Positions 1 through 13,494 of a DNA stretch of 64,000 nt are shown piece by piece. A program made the translations under genes and the position numbers. Where the stretch lies: assembly GCF_026210795.1 (NCBI RefSeq), contig NC_089430.1:2604001-2668000 (forward strand), read 5' to 3'. This DNA comes from Rhizophagus irregularis. Taxonomy: Eukaryota. The first letter of the stretch is position 1. Every line of letters starts with the position of its first letter. The notes under the pieces are model-generated. The model had not been told where the DNA came from. It searched no databases and saw only the letters and a list, made by a program, of their open reading frames with translations.

Positions 1-539
1 TCGCACTTTGAAAATACCCCCAATCCTATCACAAATGCAACAATCATTTTTATTTAAATATACACTAGCCTTGGCTTCATGTTATTGAGGAATCTTTTTT
101 TTTTATTCCACTTAACAAATTTTAAATTTCAATTATCTTTCTCATAGTTCTTTTAGAATTCAAGTTAACGAACTTTCTGATCTGTTTACTACAAAGTTTA
201 TTGGACGATATTTCATGATTTCTAATTCTTTTCTACAATATAAAGTAGTTGACCATATAATTTGTTGAGATTTAAGATTTATAATCTTTTTTGTAATGAA
301 TTTTTTTAAATAAAGAATGTATATTTCTTGAACCATATACTGTGTGATATCATTCCATAAATGTCTTTCTGTCTTGTTATATTTCACATTTTGCCTAATG
401 TTTATAATATACTTTTTTATCATGTGATCGAAAGGTTGTCTAAGTGTTTAATCTTACTAAATAAAGTTTGATCCACGCCTTGACAAAAAATATAATAGGC
501 AATGAAATGAAATTAATAATTTTTTGATTTTTTCCCAAG

Positions 540-3500
540 ATGTCAACTTACGGTCTTTGTTTTTCAACTGAAATAGGAATAAATCCTATTCCTTTACGAA
601 ATGTTATTATCGGAGCTAATAGTAAGCCGGTTTACTTGACAATTTTTTTTATTTATGATATGAAAATGATATTTCATTTAATTCTCTTTAAATATTAGTC
701 GTTGATATGATCGCTGAAGGTTCGTAGTTTGGTCAAATTATATGATATGATTTTTTTTTAAATATTTATACTATAATTCTATAATTCATCTTTAATAGTT
801 ACTATCAGACAAACTTATAAAAATGTTGAAAGAGATACTATCGAAGCATTCTATAAGTTTCCTATTTATGAAGCCGCAGCAATCTGCGAATTTGAAGCAG
901 AAATTGATGGACGAAGAAAAATAAAAGGCATCGTAAAAGAATCAAAAGAGGCCGCTAAAGAATATACTGAAGCAGTTCAGGTAATATCTAATAAATTTAA
1001 AAATGATTTAATACATTTATTTTTATATATAAGTTTAATTGTTCTTGAATTGAATAGAAAGGACATGGTGCTTATTTGTTAGAATCTGAGTCCGAAGATG
1101 TGTTTCAATGTTCTGTTGGAAATATCACATCAGGACAAACCGTGGTTATTAAAATTACATATGTTACCGAGCTTAAACATGATTCTGAATCAGAGAAAAT
1201 TCGATTTATTCTACCAACTAATATCGCTCCAAGATATGGTTCTTCAGTATATTCGTCATCTTCAAATGATGGAAAAATTCTTAAACCTGATGTTGTATCT
1301 TATTCTAATAAAGCAGATTTTTATTTAGATCTTACTGTTACTTGCAGAATGACTTCAACTATTCAAAATATTGAATCACCTTCACATAAAATTTCTACTG
1401 AAATGAATATTGATGAGAATCCCAAAATTTCTAAAATTACTTTATCCGAACAAATTACTTATTTAGAAAAAGATTTTATTCTTATGATTAAAAGTAAAGA
1501 GATTGATCAACCACGGTAAATATTTTAATTAATAATTTTGTATTTATATATATATAATTTTTTTTTTATTTTTTTTATTTTTAATATAATTATATTTTTT
1601 TTAGAGCTTTTGTTGAATACAATCCTGAAACAGAAACTAATTGTGTTATGTTGACTTTGGTTCCAAAATTCTCGTTAAATGTAATCATGTCTGAGCTAGT
1701 TTTCATTGTAGATAGGTATGTCGCCTATGTAAATAATTTTTAAAGTGAAGTTTCCATTTAATTTACAATGAATTTTTATTTTTTTGAATATGAAATAGAT
1801 CGGGATCAATGGGTATTGAACCTATGAAGAAAGCCGCACAAGCACTTGAATTGTTATTGCATTCACTTCCTGAAAATTGCTACTTTAATGTAATATCCTT
1901 TGGATCTCGTTATGATTCTCTTTTTCCAAAAAGTCAACTTTATTCTGAAAAATCGTTGTCTAAGGCTCTTAATCTTGCTCAAACAATGACTTCAAATTAT
2001 GGAGGAACAAAAATTCATAATGTATTAGAATGGGTATTTAAAAATTCAAGAGATGATATGCCAATTTCTGTATTTCTTATTACAGATGGCAGAGTTTGGG
2101 ATGCTGATGAGATTGTAGAACTTGTACGTGAAAATGAAGAAAAAAAGAAAGATGATTTACGGCTTTTTTCATTAGGAATTGGTGATTCTGTTTCTCATAA
2201 TTTAGTTGAATCTGTTGCCCGTGCTGGTAGAGGATACGCTCAATTTGTAACAAATGATGAAAGAATGGATAGAAAAGTTATTGAAATGCTGAAAAGTGCA
2301 TTAAAACCACCAATTAAGGATTATAAAATTACTTGGACTAATACAGATCTTTTGGAATTAAATGATGATAAATCGGCTATTAGCTTTATGAGTGATGAGA
2401 CAGAATCTTTACCATCTATTAAGATTCAACAAGCTCCATATATTATTCCACCAATTTATACTGGTATTCGTTTTATGGCCTATTGTATTTTGGAAAAAAA
2501 TATTGAGCCATGTAAAACTATTACATTAAAAGCTACTTCTCATGATGATCGTCCTATGGTACTTGATATTCCTTTGGATCCTGTTACCTTACAAGGTTCA
2601 AAAATTCATAGATTAGCGGCAAGAAAACTTATTCAAGATCTTGATTATAAAAAATCATTTATTCATAAACATCCTAAAAATGTTGGTAAATTTATTCCAG
2701 CTTCATTCGTTAAAGAACATATTGTTAAACTTGGCAAAACTTATAATTTAGCTTCAAAATTTACAAGGTATAATTTATTTATTTATTTTCTTTATATAAA
2801 ATTTTTAAATAATGATGATTATCTTTTTTTATTATTAGTTTTATTGCAATCGATGAAAGAAATAATGAAATTAGTGAAGTTCTAATTAAATCTCGAACAA
2901 TTCCACAAAAAAGGAATGTTCCTCAATTAGCTCCTCAATTCAGTACATTACAATCAAGCAGTAATTTTATGACAATTGGAAGGGTAAGAAGAAATGTTAA
3001 TATTTTGTATATTTAAAATAATGAAACACACTTATTAACAGTAATATTAGTTAATGAATATGAGTGATTTTTATTAAATGATCCTTGATCAATTTAAATA
3101 TTAGTTTGCTACTACTGATACTGCCATTGCTGGCCTTGCTACCACTTCAAGGATTAATATAATGGATTTAGTAAGATCGGGGTCAGTAGTTTAAGTTTTT
3201 TTTTTGATTACGCTGTAAATGAGAAATAATTAAGAAATTATTTTCAATAGAATTCGATCTCTTGTATCGGCAAAATCCGGACCAAAAGAAACAAAAGAAG
3301 CACAATCAGTATCACTACTATATAGTGAATGTGGACTAAACATTGAATCTGAATTCAATCATAAAGAATCACAAATTGGAAGCGTATTTGACGATAGTAA
3401 ATCTGAAGTCAATCATAAGGAATCACAAATTGAAAATTTATTTGGATTTTTAGAATTACAGTCATTTGATGGTAAATTCTTATTAAATGATTCGTTTTAT

Positions 3501-3788
3501 AAATTTTTTTATAAGAATGATTTAAATGATTTCATCAATTTAAAACAAGAAATTATAAAAGAAATGGGTGATATTGGTATTAAAGAAATTGAAGAAATAT
3601 TAACTACTAGTATTGCATTGGCTTATCTGGAAATAATTATATTTAAAAAATTTAAAGATGAAAGTGAGTTGTGTTACGAAAAAGCTGTTAAAGCTTTAAA
3701 GAAAATGGTTGAAGATGAAGAAAAAGAAAAACTTATTGGGGAAAAAGCTAAAGAATGGATTAAAAATTGGGTTATTAATGGCAAATGA
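540..3788 (+). CDS. VIT-vWA (VWA5A-like) protein, array copy 1, multi-exon
   Basis: ATG at 540 (MSTYGLCF). 21-nt exon 699-719 (VDMIAE). VIT-type exons (YKFPIYEAAAICEFEAEIDG; LESESEDVFQCSVGNI). MIDAS DR|SGSM is split by an intron, with GGT and TDG present. Linker exons 2839-2983 and 3105-3181, last exon 3251-3788 (LQSFDGKF...KAKEWI). Manual GT-AG splicing keeps the frame open. Confidence 0.9.
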
Positions 3789-6065
3789 ATAAGTAATTTA
3801 TAATATTCTTTTGATGAAAATTTTATTTCCTTTGTTTTGTAGTATTTATGTATAATATGTAGATATTTTTTATTTATTTTATGGTTACTGAAATACAGTA
3901 TATATTAAATAAAAAATTATATATTTTACAGTAAAATATTTGTATCTAAATCTATAAGAGTAATAAATGAAGGTTCGAAAATAACACCAAAATTTTTTAT
4001 TATAAAACTAATTGAAATAATAGATCGCTTACTTTAAAAGTACGAGCATATCCTTTAAAGAAATAATGTTGAAACCCTATTTCGGAAGATTGTTGCAAAC
4101 ATTTTTTTCTTGACCTCATCTTGGTCCTTTATCTTTGGCGTACATAATTACGCAGCTGGTATTTATACATTTCAAGTTGCATATTAGTTAACACATGAGC
4201 AAAAACATCGTTCCATCGTAATATAATTGTTCGTGGGATTTTGTGAATAAACTATTATCCATTTGAGATTTCAGGTCATGCATTATAGAGACAGAATTTA
4301 TTATGAATACTCTGTTAACGTCTTCGTACTGCGCCAAAAACAAGAACTAAGCAAAACCAAACCAGCTTTTTTATTGTATACAGTATTAGAAAGCCTTGAT
4401 ATTATTTTCGTTAGATGAGGGTTGTAGGATCATTTTTCAAACATAATTTTTAAAATAGTTGCTCCCATCCATATTATGGATAAAGTGAAACCATTAATTA
4501 TTAGCGCGCATTTTAAATTGATTTTTTTTTTCATTTCATAATTGCCACTCAAATAATTTCCTATTTTTACTTTTTCTTGTAATAAGTATGTTATAAAGCA
4601 ACAACTTAGTCCGCTATCACTAGAGAATTTAAGCGAATTCTTTTATGCTACAATAATAAATTATAAAGATACATAAATTAAGATCAAATCAGCATATGTA
4701 CTTAGAGAACAAACCTTTTGAATCTGATCAAAGAATTAATCCATTCTCCTAGCTTTTCTAGAAAAGGATCTGCTCTAATTTTTTAGGACGAAAGTGAATT
4801 TATTGTGGAGAGTAATGACATTTATGCGGTTAACGTTTATTTGATTATAGGATCAAGATGAATTTCAGTTTCAAGCATTACATTATTCATTTAAAAATAC
4901 TTTTTGATAGAATTAGAGACAAAAAATGCATTTTTTTTTTGATGGAATGTATTTAATCTTTGAAGCCCTAGCCAGTTTCCTAACTTGACGTCTCGCTTCA
5001 GCCTGTTTGAGTTTCTCGCGATCTTGTTAGCTAACTGCTTTGTCCTTTTATCTTCGTTGCTTACCAAATCGAATAATTCTTGTCTCTGCCTTTGCATCAG
5101 TCTCATTGAAATATCTGTAACGTAAGGTTCAGTCTTTATTATAAATTTTATCATTGGTCCTTTCTATGTATTATTTCAAATAAAATTTTGTATATATTCT
5201 TAACAGTATTATATAAAAATAATCTTTATATATAAAACATGAATTTTACGGAACCATTAAGGGTTTTGTCTTCTCTGCTTAACACATCTGACAAAGAATT
5301 TTACAGATACTAGTGTTCACCCGTTATCTACGTCAACGGTTAATGTGTATTACTAAAAAAATGTAAAATTAAATAATATACAGTTTTTTGAAACCTTATT
5401 ATTCATTTTTTATTATATAATTTTAAAGAAATTATTATAAAAAAAAATGTTATAATTCCGGCCAGAATTAAAGATCTGCAAAGAATTTCCTTTTTTGGAA
5501 ATTTGAGCAATGCAGAAGATAAATTTTCCTTTTTGGAAATTCGCGTAACTATAAATTTCCTTTTTGGTCTTGCGTGACATTGGCGACGAATAGGAGTAGT
5601 GTTACACAATTCAAATGATTTATTTATATGGTTAATCTAAACATAACGCAGTGTTTTTAAATATTAGAAGATTAGATAGCAGATAGCAACTTATCGGTGT
5701 TTCAATTTAGGGCGTTTATAACATACCAACCTCTAAGGAAATTGACTCTGGCATTCACGAAATTTGATATGCAACAGAGATAAATACAGACTCATAAGTT
5801 TCATGGAAATTATTCCGAAATTTCTCTTTTTACTATCGTTATTTATTAGTGTACAGTTCGTTTTATTCTAGTCCGCAGGCACAGTAGTACGGCAATTTAC
5901 TGCGCTTGCGGCTAAATTTGCTGATCAGTATGAAAAAGGGTAATTTAATAATACCTATATTGGCTTTGCTGGAATTACATTTCCGCAAAAAAAGAATATA
6001 AATTCATTGGCATTTAATGCTTCTCCGCATAGTAATTATCTTTATTTTATTGATATTTTTTCAAG

Positions 6066-9000
6066 ATGCAAATTTACGGTCTTTGTTTTATTGGGCAGGG
6101 AGTAACTCCGATTCCTTTACAAAATGTTGTCGTAGAAGCTAATGGTAAATATCTTGATTCTATAATTTTTTCTTTTAAATTGCTATTCCAATTAATTTAA
6201 TCATATATTTAAATTATTTTTAGTCGTTGATATGATCGCTGAAGGTTCGTGTTGATCAATTATAAAATACTATTGTTCATAATTCATATTTTATTTATTT
6301 TATTTTATTTATTTATTTATTTTTTTATTTACTTATTTTTTTTATAATAGTTACGATTAGCCAAACTTATAAAAACGTTGAAAAAGATACTATCGAAGCA
6401 TTCTATAAGTTTCCTATTTATGAGGCCGCAGCAATCTGCGGATTTGAAGCAGAAATCGATGGACAGAGAAAAATAAAGGGTATCGTAAAAGAATCAAAAG
6501 AGGCCGCTAAAGAATATACTGAAGCAGTTCAGGTGAAATATTTTAATAATTTTCAACGTTATTTTTTTCTGTATGTAAATGAATTAATTCTCTTTTTTTT
6601 AATTAATCAGAAGGGACATGGTGCTTATTTGTTAGAATCTGAATCCGAAGATGTGTTTCAATGTTCTGTTGGAAATATTACATCAGGACAAACTGTAATC
6701 ATAAAGATAACATATGTTACTGAACTTAAACACGATTCTGAAACGGAGAAAATTCGGTTTGTTCTACCAACTAATATCGCTCCAAGATATGGTTCTTCAG
6801 AATATTCGTCATCTTCAAATGATGGAAAGATTCTTAATCCTGATGTTGTATCTTATTCTAATAAGGCAGACTTTTATTTAGATCTTGCTGTTACTTGTAG
6901 AATGACTTCAACTATTCAAAATATTGAATCACCTTCACATAAAATTTCTACTGAAATGAATATTGATGAAAATCCTAAAATTTCCAAAGTTACTTTATCC
7001 GAACAAATTACTTATTTAGAAAAAGATTTTATTCTTGTGGTTAAAAGTAAAGACCTTAATCAACCACGGTAAACATTTTAATTAATAATTTTGCATTTAC
7101 TTTCTTTTTTCCTTATTTTAATCGTTAATCTTTTTGATATAATCTCTTTTAGAGCTTTTGTTGAGTACAATCCTGAAACGCAAACTAATTGTGTTATGTT
7201 GACTTTGGTTCCAACATTTGCGTTAAATGCAACTATGTCCGAACTAATTTTTGTCGTTGATAGGTATGATATAATTCAATTATAAGTGTATTATTAAATT
7301 CATTTCATCTTTTTTTTATTTATTTATTTTTTTTTTGAATATGAAATAGATCTGGATCAATGGGAATTGAGCCTATGAAAAAAGCTGCACAAGCTCTTGA
7401 ATTATTATTGCATTCACTTTCCGAAGATTGTTACTTTAATGTAGTATCTTTTGGATCTCGTTATGATCCTCTTTTTCCAAAGAGTCAACTTTATTCTGAA
7501 ACATCTTTATCTAAAGCTCTTAATCTTGCTCAAACAATGACTGCAAATTATGGTGGGACCGAGGTTTTTAGTGCATTAAAATGGACATTTGAAAATTCAA
7601 GGGATGATATGCCAACTTCCGTATTTTTTCTTACGGATGGCGGAGTTTGGAATGTTGATCAAATTGTAGAACTCGTACGTGAAAATGAAGAAAAAAAGAA
7701 AGATGATTTACGACTTTTTTCATTAGGAATTGGTGATTCTGTTTCTCATAATTTAGTTGAATCTATTGCTCGTGCCGGTAAAGGATATTCTCAATTTGTA
7801 ACAAATGATGAAAGAATAGATAAAAAAGTCATTGGAATGTTAAAAAATGCATTGAAATCACCAATTAAAGATTATAATGTTACCTGGGCCAATGTCGAAC
7901 CATTCGAAGAAAAAGAATTAGACATAACTCCAATGGAAGTTGATAAACCTACTATTAGTTTTATGAGTGATGATAATACGGAACCACCACCACCAACCTT
8001 AAATATATTTACAGATATTAAAGTTCAACAAGCTCCATATTTTATTCCACCAATTTATTCTGGTGTTCGTTTTATAGTCTATTGTATTTTGGAAAAAAAT
8101 ATTGAACCATGTAAAGTTATTAGTTTGAAAGCTACTTCACAAGATGGTCCTATGAAACTTGATATTCCTTTAGATCCAGTTACTCTACAAGGTTCAAAAA
8201 TTCATAGATTAGCGGCAAGAAAACTTATTCAAGACCTTAATGATAAAAAATCATTTATTCATAAACATCCTAAAAATGCTAATAAATATATTCCAGCTTC
8301 ATTTGTTGAAGAACAAATTGTTAAGCTTGGGAAAACATATAATTTAGCTTCGAAATATACAAGGTAGTGTAAATTTACTTTTATAACTTTATTACATTTA
8401 TTTCTTAATAATAATATTATACTTTTATATATTTTTTATTAGTTTTATTGCAATCGATGAAAAAAATATTGAAACAGTTGTATCTGAATCTCAAACAATT
8501 CCACAGAAAAGAATCGTTCCTCAATATGCTAATTTAAATCTTGGATTTGGACGTATGTAAAAAAAAAATTGTTTTTAATTTATTTATGTATATGTTATTA
8601 ATTAATTATTTCTATATTATAGCTACATTTTTGTAAGTATTTTTTTTTCTTTATTCAAAAAAAAAAATTATTATAAACTTTGTTTTGTATATATATTTAA
8701 AAGTACTAATTCTTCTCAATTCGGTAGTTCTGCACAACAATCTCAACAACAGCAATCTCAACAACAGTTACTTGGCCAAAGGACTATTCGAGCCCAATCC
8801 GCCATCCAGCCTATTTTATTTAGACAAACTACACAATCGACTGGTTTTGGATTTGGACAAACTCGATCAGGATTTGGAAATGGTTTTGGAATGGGGCAAA
8901 CTACACAACCGACTGGTTTTGGATTTGGACAAACTACACAACCGACTGGTTTTGGACTTGGACAAACTACACAACCGACTGGTTTTGGATTTGGACAAGC

Positions 9001-10264
9001 TACACAACCGACTGGTGGTTTTGGATTTGGACAAGCTACACAACCGACTGGTTTTGGACTTGGACAAACTACACAACCGACTGGTTTTGGATTTGGACAA
9101 GCTACACAACCGACTGGTGGTTTTGGATTTGGACAAGCTACACAACCGACTGGTGGATTTGGATTTGGACAAGCTACACAACCGACTGGTTTTGGATTTG
9201 GACAAGCTACACAACCGACTGGTGGTTTTGGATTTGGACAAGCTACACAACCGACTGGTGGATTTGGATTTGGACAAGCTACACAACCGACTGGTTTTGG
9301 ATTTGGACAAACTGCTACCCAAACTAGCCAACCTAGTTTATTTGGACAAACTGCTGCCCAAACTAGCCAACCTAGTTTATTTGGACAACCTACTAATTCT
9401 CAAACTGGTTTTGGATTTGGACAAACTGCTACCCAAACTAGCCAACCTAGTTTATTTGGACAAACTACTGCCCAAACTAGCCAACCTAGTTTATTGGGAC
9501 AACCTACTAACCAACCTAGTTTATTTGGACAACCTACTAATTCTCAAACTGGTTTTGGATTTGGACAAACTGCTGCCCAAACTAGCCAACCTAGTTTATT
9601 TGGACAACCTACTAATTCTCAAACTGGTTTTGGATTTGGACAAACTGCTACCCAAACTAGCCAACCTAGTTTATTTGGACAAACTACTGCCCAAACTAGC
9701 CAACCTAGTTTATTGGGACAACCTACTAATTCTCAAACTGGTTTTGGATTTGGTGCCCAAACTAGCCAACCTAGTTTATTGGGACAACCTACTAATTCTC
9801 AAACTGGTTTTGGATTTGATTCAACTCATCGATCAAAATTTGCATTTGGTTCATTTGCACAATCACCATCACCAATAATTAACAACTCCAATATTAATCA
9901 TAAAGAATCACAGATTGAAAATTTATTTGAATTTTTGAGATTACAATCATTTAATGGTAAATTTTTACCAAATAGATCATTTTATGAATTTTTTTATAAA
10001 GATGATTTAAGTGATTTTAATAATTTAAAACAAGAAATTGAAAAAGAATTAAGTGAATTAAGTGAAAAAGAAATTGAAGAAATATTAAGCAATTGTATTG
10101 CTATTGCTTATTTGAAAATTATTATGTTTGATAATTTTAAAGATGAGTGTGAAATGTGTTATGAAAAAGTTGAAAAAGTTTTAAAGAAAATGATTGGAAA
10201 TATAGAGAAAGAAAGGATTATTATTGAAAGAGGTGAAGAGTGGATTAAAAATTGGAGAAAGTAA
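6066..10264 (+). CDS. VIT-vWA (VWA5A-like) protein, array copy 2, with an FG-repeat linker of about 310 aa
   Basis: ATG at 6066 (MQIYGLCF), same exon layout as the other copies, intact MIDAS. Exon 8443-8552, 10-nt microexon 8623-8632 and last exon 8728-10264 splice in frame into the GQATQPTGFGF/GQTATQTSQPSLF repeats and then the shared C-terminal domain (IENLFEFLRLQSFNGKF). Confidence 0.88.
8894..9817 (+). repeat. Coding minisatellite: 12 units of 33/36 bp (GQ[A/T]TQPT(G)GFG[F/L]), then about 14 units of 30-39 bp (GQT[A/T][A/T]QTSQPSL[F/L], GQPTNSQTGFGF)
   Basis: Near-identical nucleotide units are directly visible (ggacaagctacacaaccgactggttttggattt; caaactagccaacctagtttatt), with higher-order periodicity. 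Confidence 0.95.
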
Positions 10265-10510
10265 AGGTGTTATTAAATATGTATTGGTTAGTGTTTACTT
10301 ATAAGTAGTGTAGCTTAAAATAATTCATTTATTAGCTGTTAAGAAAATGTATTGTAATAAATAGTAATTTAAATAAATTATAATAACAATTTAGCATAAA
10401 AAAATTTAGACTTTTGTATAAAAGTTTCTTAAACGAATATAGAATATAATTCCATCCTGTTACTAACATTGTTTACTTATTTTTCCTATGTAAATTTGAT
10501 GTCCAAAATT

Positions 10511-10634
10511 CCGCTTACGGACCGTTTCCCGACAGGACATTTTCCCGACAGCCTAACGCTGGCCGTTTGATCACGTGCTCGCGCATAACTCTTCATAACT
10601 CTGGCCATCCGTCGAGAAATTGTGCCGTAAACCG
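10511..10634. mobile_element. Short TIR element (MITE-like)
   Basis: GC-richer island. The left end ttacggaccgtttcccgacagg imperfectly matches the reverse complement of the right end (ttacggcacaatttctcgacgg). Confidence 0.5.
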
Positions 10635-12370
10635 TCAAATTCATGCGGTCCATTATACAGTCTGTGCAAATTCTAAATTATTGATGCTAATTTGAATAGC
10701 TAGAGTAAATTATTTAGTAATGATATCAAATGGATCCAATGCTGTTCATGATAAAGATCTTTTTTTTAGGATTACAACTCATTATAATCAAACACTTTGT
10801 GATTGACATCATAACTTTCTTTATACACGTTCCTGTACTGTTCCTGTTTTTCTCAATCGAATTTCTCACTGGGTTTTACTCAATCACCTTACTTTTTGTT
10901 CTTCTCATTAATAGGAGATTATTATCCAACTTCATTAGGGTACCCGCATATTTTCATATTCGAACAAACTATAATTAATAATAATGGGTTGTAAGATATG
11001 CTTACAAAAAATATATATCAAAAAGCATATAAAGGGTTGTGAAGGAACTTTCAAAAAATTTTCTAATTAAAAAAGAAAGATATCTAATAATTATTTACCA
11101 ATCATTGTTGCAAATTGATTTAGAAGTTTTCTATTCTGCGGAGTTTTCCAGAAAAAAAGATTGTTCTTAAAGTGACAATTTCATACAGTATGTTACATTA
11201 TGTATAGATTAATCACGATATTATTACGAAATCACAATAACTAGCCAATTTCGTATAATTTCAATTTTTTTTTTAAAAAAAAAAAAATTAAAACTGCTAC
11301 AAACATTCATCAGGGTCTTCGAAAATACTATATTTTAAAAAAAATATACTTACAGTATAGTTAATTATGAATATTATAATTAGTTATTTATCATAGACTA
11401 AGGTAAAATTATTTCGTAACAATAAAGGAATCAACCTTAAAATATTTTCATAATAATTTACGGATCATTATTATTTTATGAACGGCCTGGTGCCTGACTG
11501 AAATTAAAAGTTTAATTTTTTCAGATTGTAGAAAAATATTAAGACTTTCTTTTCTGGATTCTATGATCGAAGGAAGCACAGCATTGCGGCAACTCTAGCA
11601 CAATAAAATGATTCCGATATTACCATATTGATAAAATATTATAATTCTTATTATCCACCACGCATAATCGTTTATATTCATTATGTTTGGACTATAATTA
11701 TGGCAGTATTCTGAATGTTGTTATATGTACCTTATTAATGATGATAAAACTCTATCTGATCGATATGTAATCAGAAATTTATTATTACAACTGCCACAAA
11801 AATAATTATTAATTTTAAGGTCTAAAAATTTGTATTATAATAGTATATTACTCTAAAACTAATAGCTTTCAAAATTTTTATCTCATTGTGCTACAGGCCT
11901 ACAACTTTATATATATTTTATTTATATAATTAGAAATTTTTCTCATAAAACCTTTGCATCACCAATTTAAAGTTATCCTCGCAAGTTACTGTACATTAGT
12001 AAGTAGTTTGATGGTAATTATTCTTAACTTAAGTCAGCATAAGTGCATAATTGACAATGAAAAAACTACATTGCGGGGGCTGACTTTGTACTATCATGTT
12101 TATAACTCAAATTTTATTATTAGTAGAATGTGTTTAAAGCTTGTATAGTAATCAAAAAGTTATTTTTATATAATATCTTGATAAAATTAGATTCTTAAAG
12201 TAATAAAACTTTTTTCAAGTGAAAGAGACTACACATTGGGAACTCTTAACAAACTATAATTTAAAAAAATATATCAGATGATTAAATGTAACGCAAGAAA
12301 TATATATTATATATACAGTATGTATCTCTTAATTAACTTTATTTATTATACAGTATATTTTCTAGATAAA

Positions 12371-12577
12371 ATGCAAATTTACGGACTTTGCTTTATTATT
12401 GAAAGAAATAAATCCAATTTCTTTACAAAATGTTGTTATTGAAACTAATAATAATTTTATGTCAATAATTAATTTGTAATTATATTTTATTTTTTGTCCA
12501 TTATGAAGACGCAGTAGTCTGCGGATTTGAAGCAGAAATAGTAAAGGGTATTGTAAAAGAATCAAAAGATGTCGCAC
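12371..12577 (+). pseudogene. 5' remnant of a VIT-vWA gene
   Basis: Starts atgcaaatttacggactttgc like copies 2-4. It then has a frameshift, a lost GT donor and internal deletions (tatgaagacgcagtagtctgcggatttgaagcagaaat...gtaaagggtattgtaaaagaatcaaaaga), and ends at a polypyrimidine tract. Confidence 0.85.
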
Positions 12578-12656
12578 TTTCCCTTTCCCTTTCTCCTTCC
12601 TTTCCCCTTCCCCTATTCCCTTTTCCTCTCTCGCTTTTCCTTCCCTTTTTCTCCCT
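12577..12656. repeat. Polypyrimidine tract of about 80 bp
   Basis: Almost pure C/T (ctttccctttccctttctccttcc...), directly at the break point of the pseudogene. Confidence 0.8.
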
Positions 12657-13373
12657 GATCAATGTTGCTACACCTCAACGTTAGTGATCAGGTGACAATT
12701 GTCAAAAAGACTTGGACTAACGATTTGCTCACTTTTTTTAATATATTTTCGCAAAATATGGTCCAAAGAATATTATTAGTAGATCTAAAATTTATTGAGA
12801 ATTCTTTTGATTAAATTCAAGCGTATTGTATACAAAAAGTTAACTTTAACTTAATTAAACATAGGTCATTTAAACTTAATTAATGTTAAAATTGGTATTT
12901 AGTTTCAGTTAAGTCGATATTACTGATATTACTAGTGATCAACCTAATATATAAAATAATAATATGAAAAATCGCGCTTATTTATGTGCAGAGTAACTGT
13001 TGTATTTTTATTGCAGTTTTCAGATTTCTGTGTACGTTGTTACTATTAGATGATTATAATTATAGGACGATTACCGGACAAATTGTCCGGTTTTTGTCCA
13101 GTAACCATATAATAATTTTATTTTTATTAAGTAATTTGCATGCAGAGCGATAATAAGCTAAATCATCAAATATTATTATGTGATTCTTGACGCTCAACAT
13201 CCGACCTTTGTATCATAGTATTTATTTATAAACGAGAATTTTTATAAAATTAGACGCTTTAGACAAAGAATTGAAATAAATTTTTTGTGGACAAGTGGAT
13301 CATAATGAATTCCAAAAGAGGCATCTATTTGTTAAAAATTAAAAATATATTATATTTTTATGAATTTACATCA

Positions 13374-13494
13374 CACCCGAAAAATTCCACAATCACGTGA
13401 CATACTTTTTAAACCCACGGCGTTTAAGGGACTTAATTTTTTCGTGCTCGTGCATAATGCCGTAATGTGGGCTAATTGCGGAATTTTTCGGGTG
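13374..13494. mobile_element. MITE of about 120 bp with 20-bp TIRs
   Basis: cacccgaaaaattccacaat versus attgcggaatttttcgggtg: one mismatch on the reverse complement. Confidence 0.65.

Noticed and set aside
160..423. Many short AT-rich ORFs in the track (160, 5403, 10730, 11954, 24005, 32416, 41516, 48746, 54995 and others)
   Set aside because: They have low-complexity I/F/K/L composition typical of AT-rich non-coding DNA, or are antisense to real genes, and show no motifs.
4891..5154. 87-aa minus-strand ORF
   Set aside because: It looks coding-like but has no recognisable motif or convincing gene model; possibly a relic.
8867..9331. Minus-strand SLSKSKTSRLC repeat ORF
   Set aside because: Antisense shadow of the minisatellite.
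8894..9817. CRISPR-like array (regular 33-39 bp repeats)
   Set aside because: There are no unique spacers, the units are multiples of 3 inside a coding exon, the context is eukaryotic and no cas genes are present.
8685..9878. Independent 397-aa LRR gene
   Set aside because: It starts at TTG within an intron and does not fit the LxxLxLxxNxL spacing. Kept only as a possible alternative-splice frame.
8891..10264. Stand-alone nucleoporin gene
   Set aside because: The ORF is the last exon of VIT-vWA copy 2. Its C-terminus is the domain shared with copies 1, 3 and 4, and no Nup98 GLEBS or autoproteolytic domain is seen.
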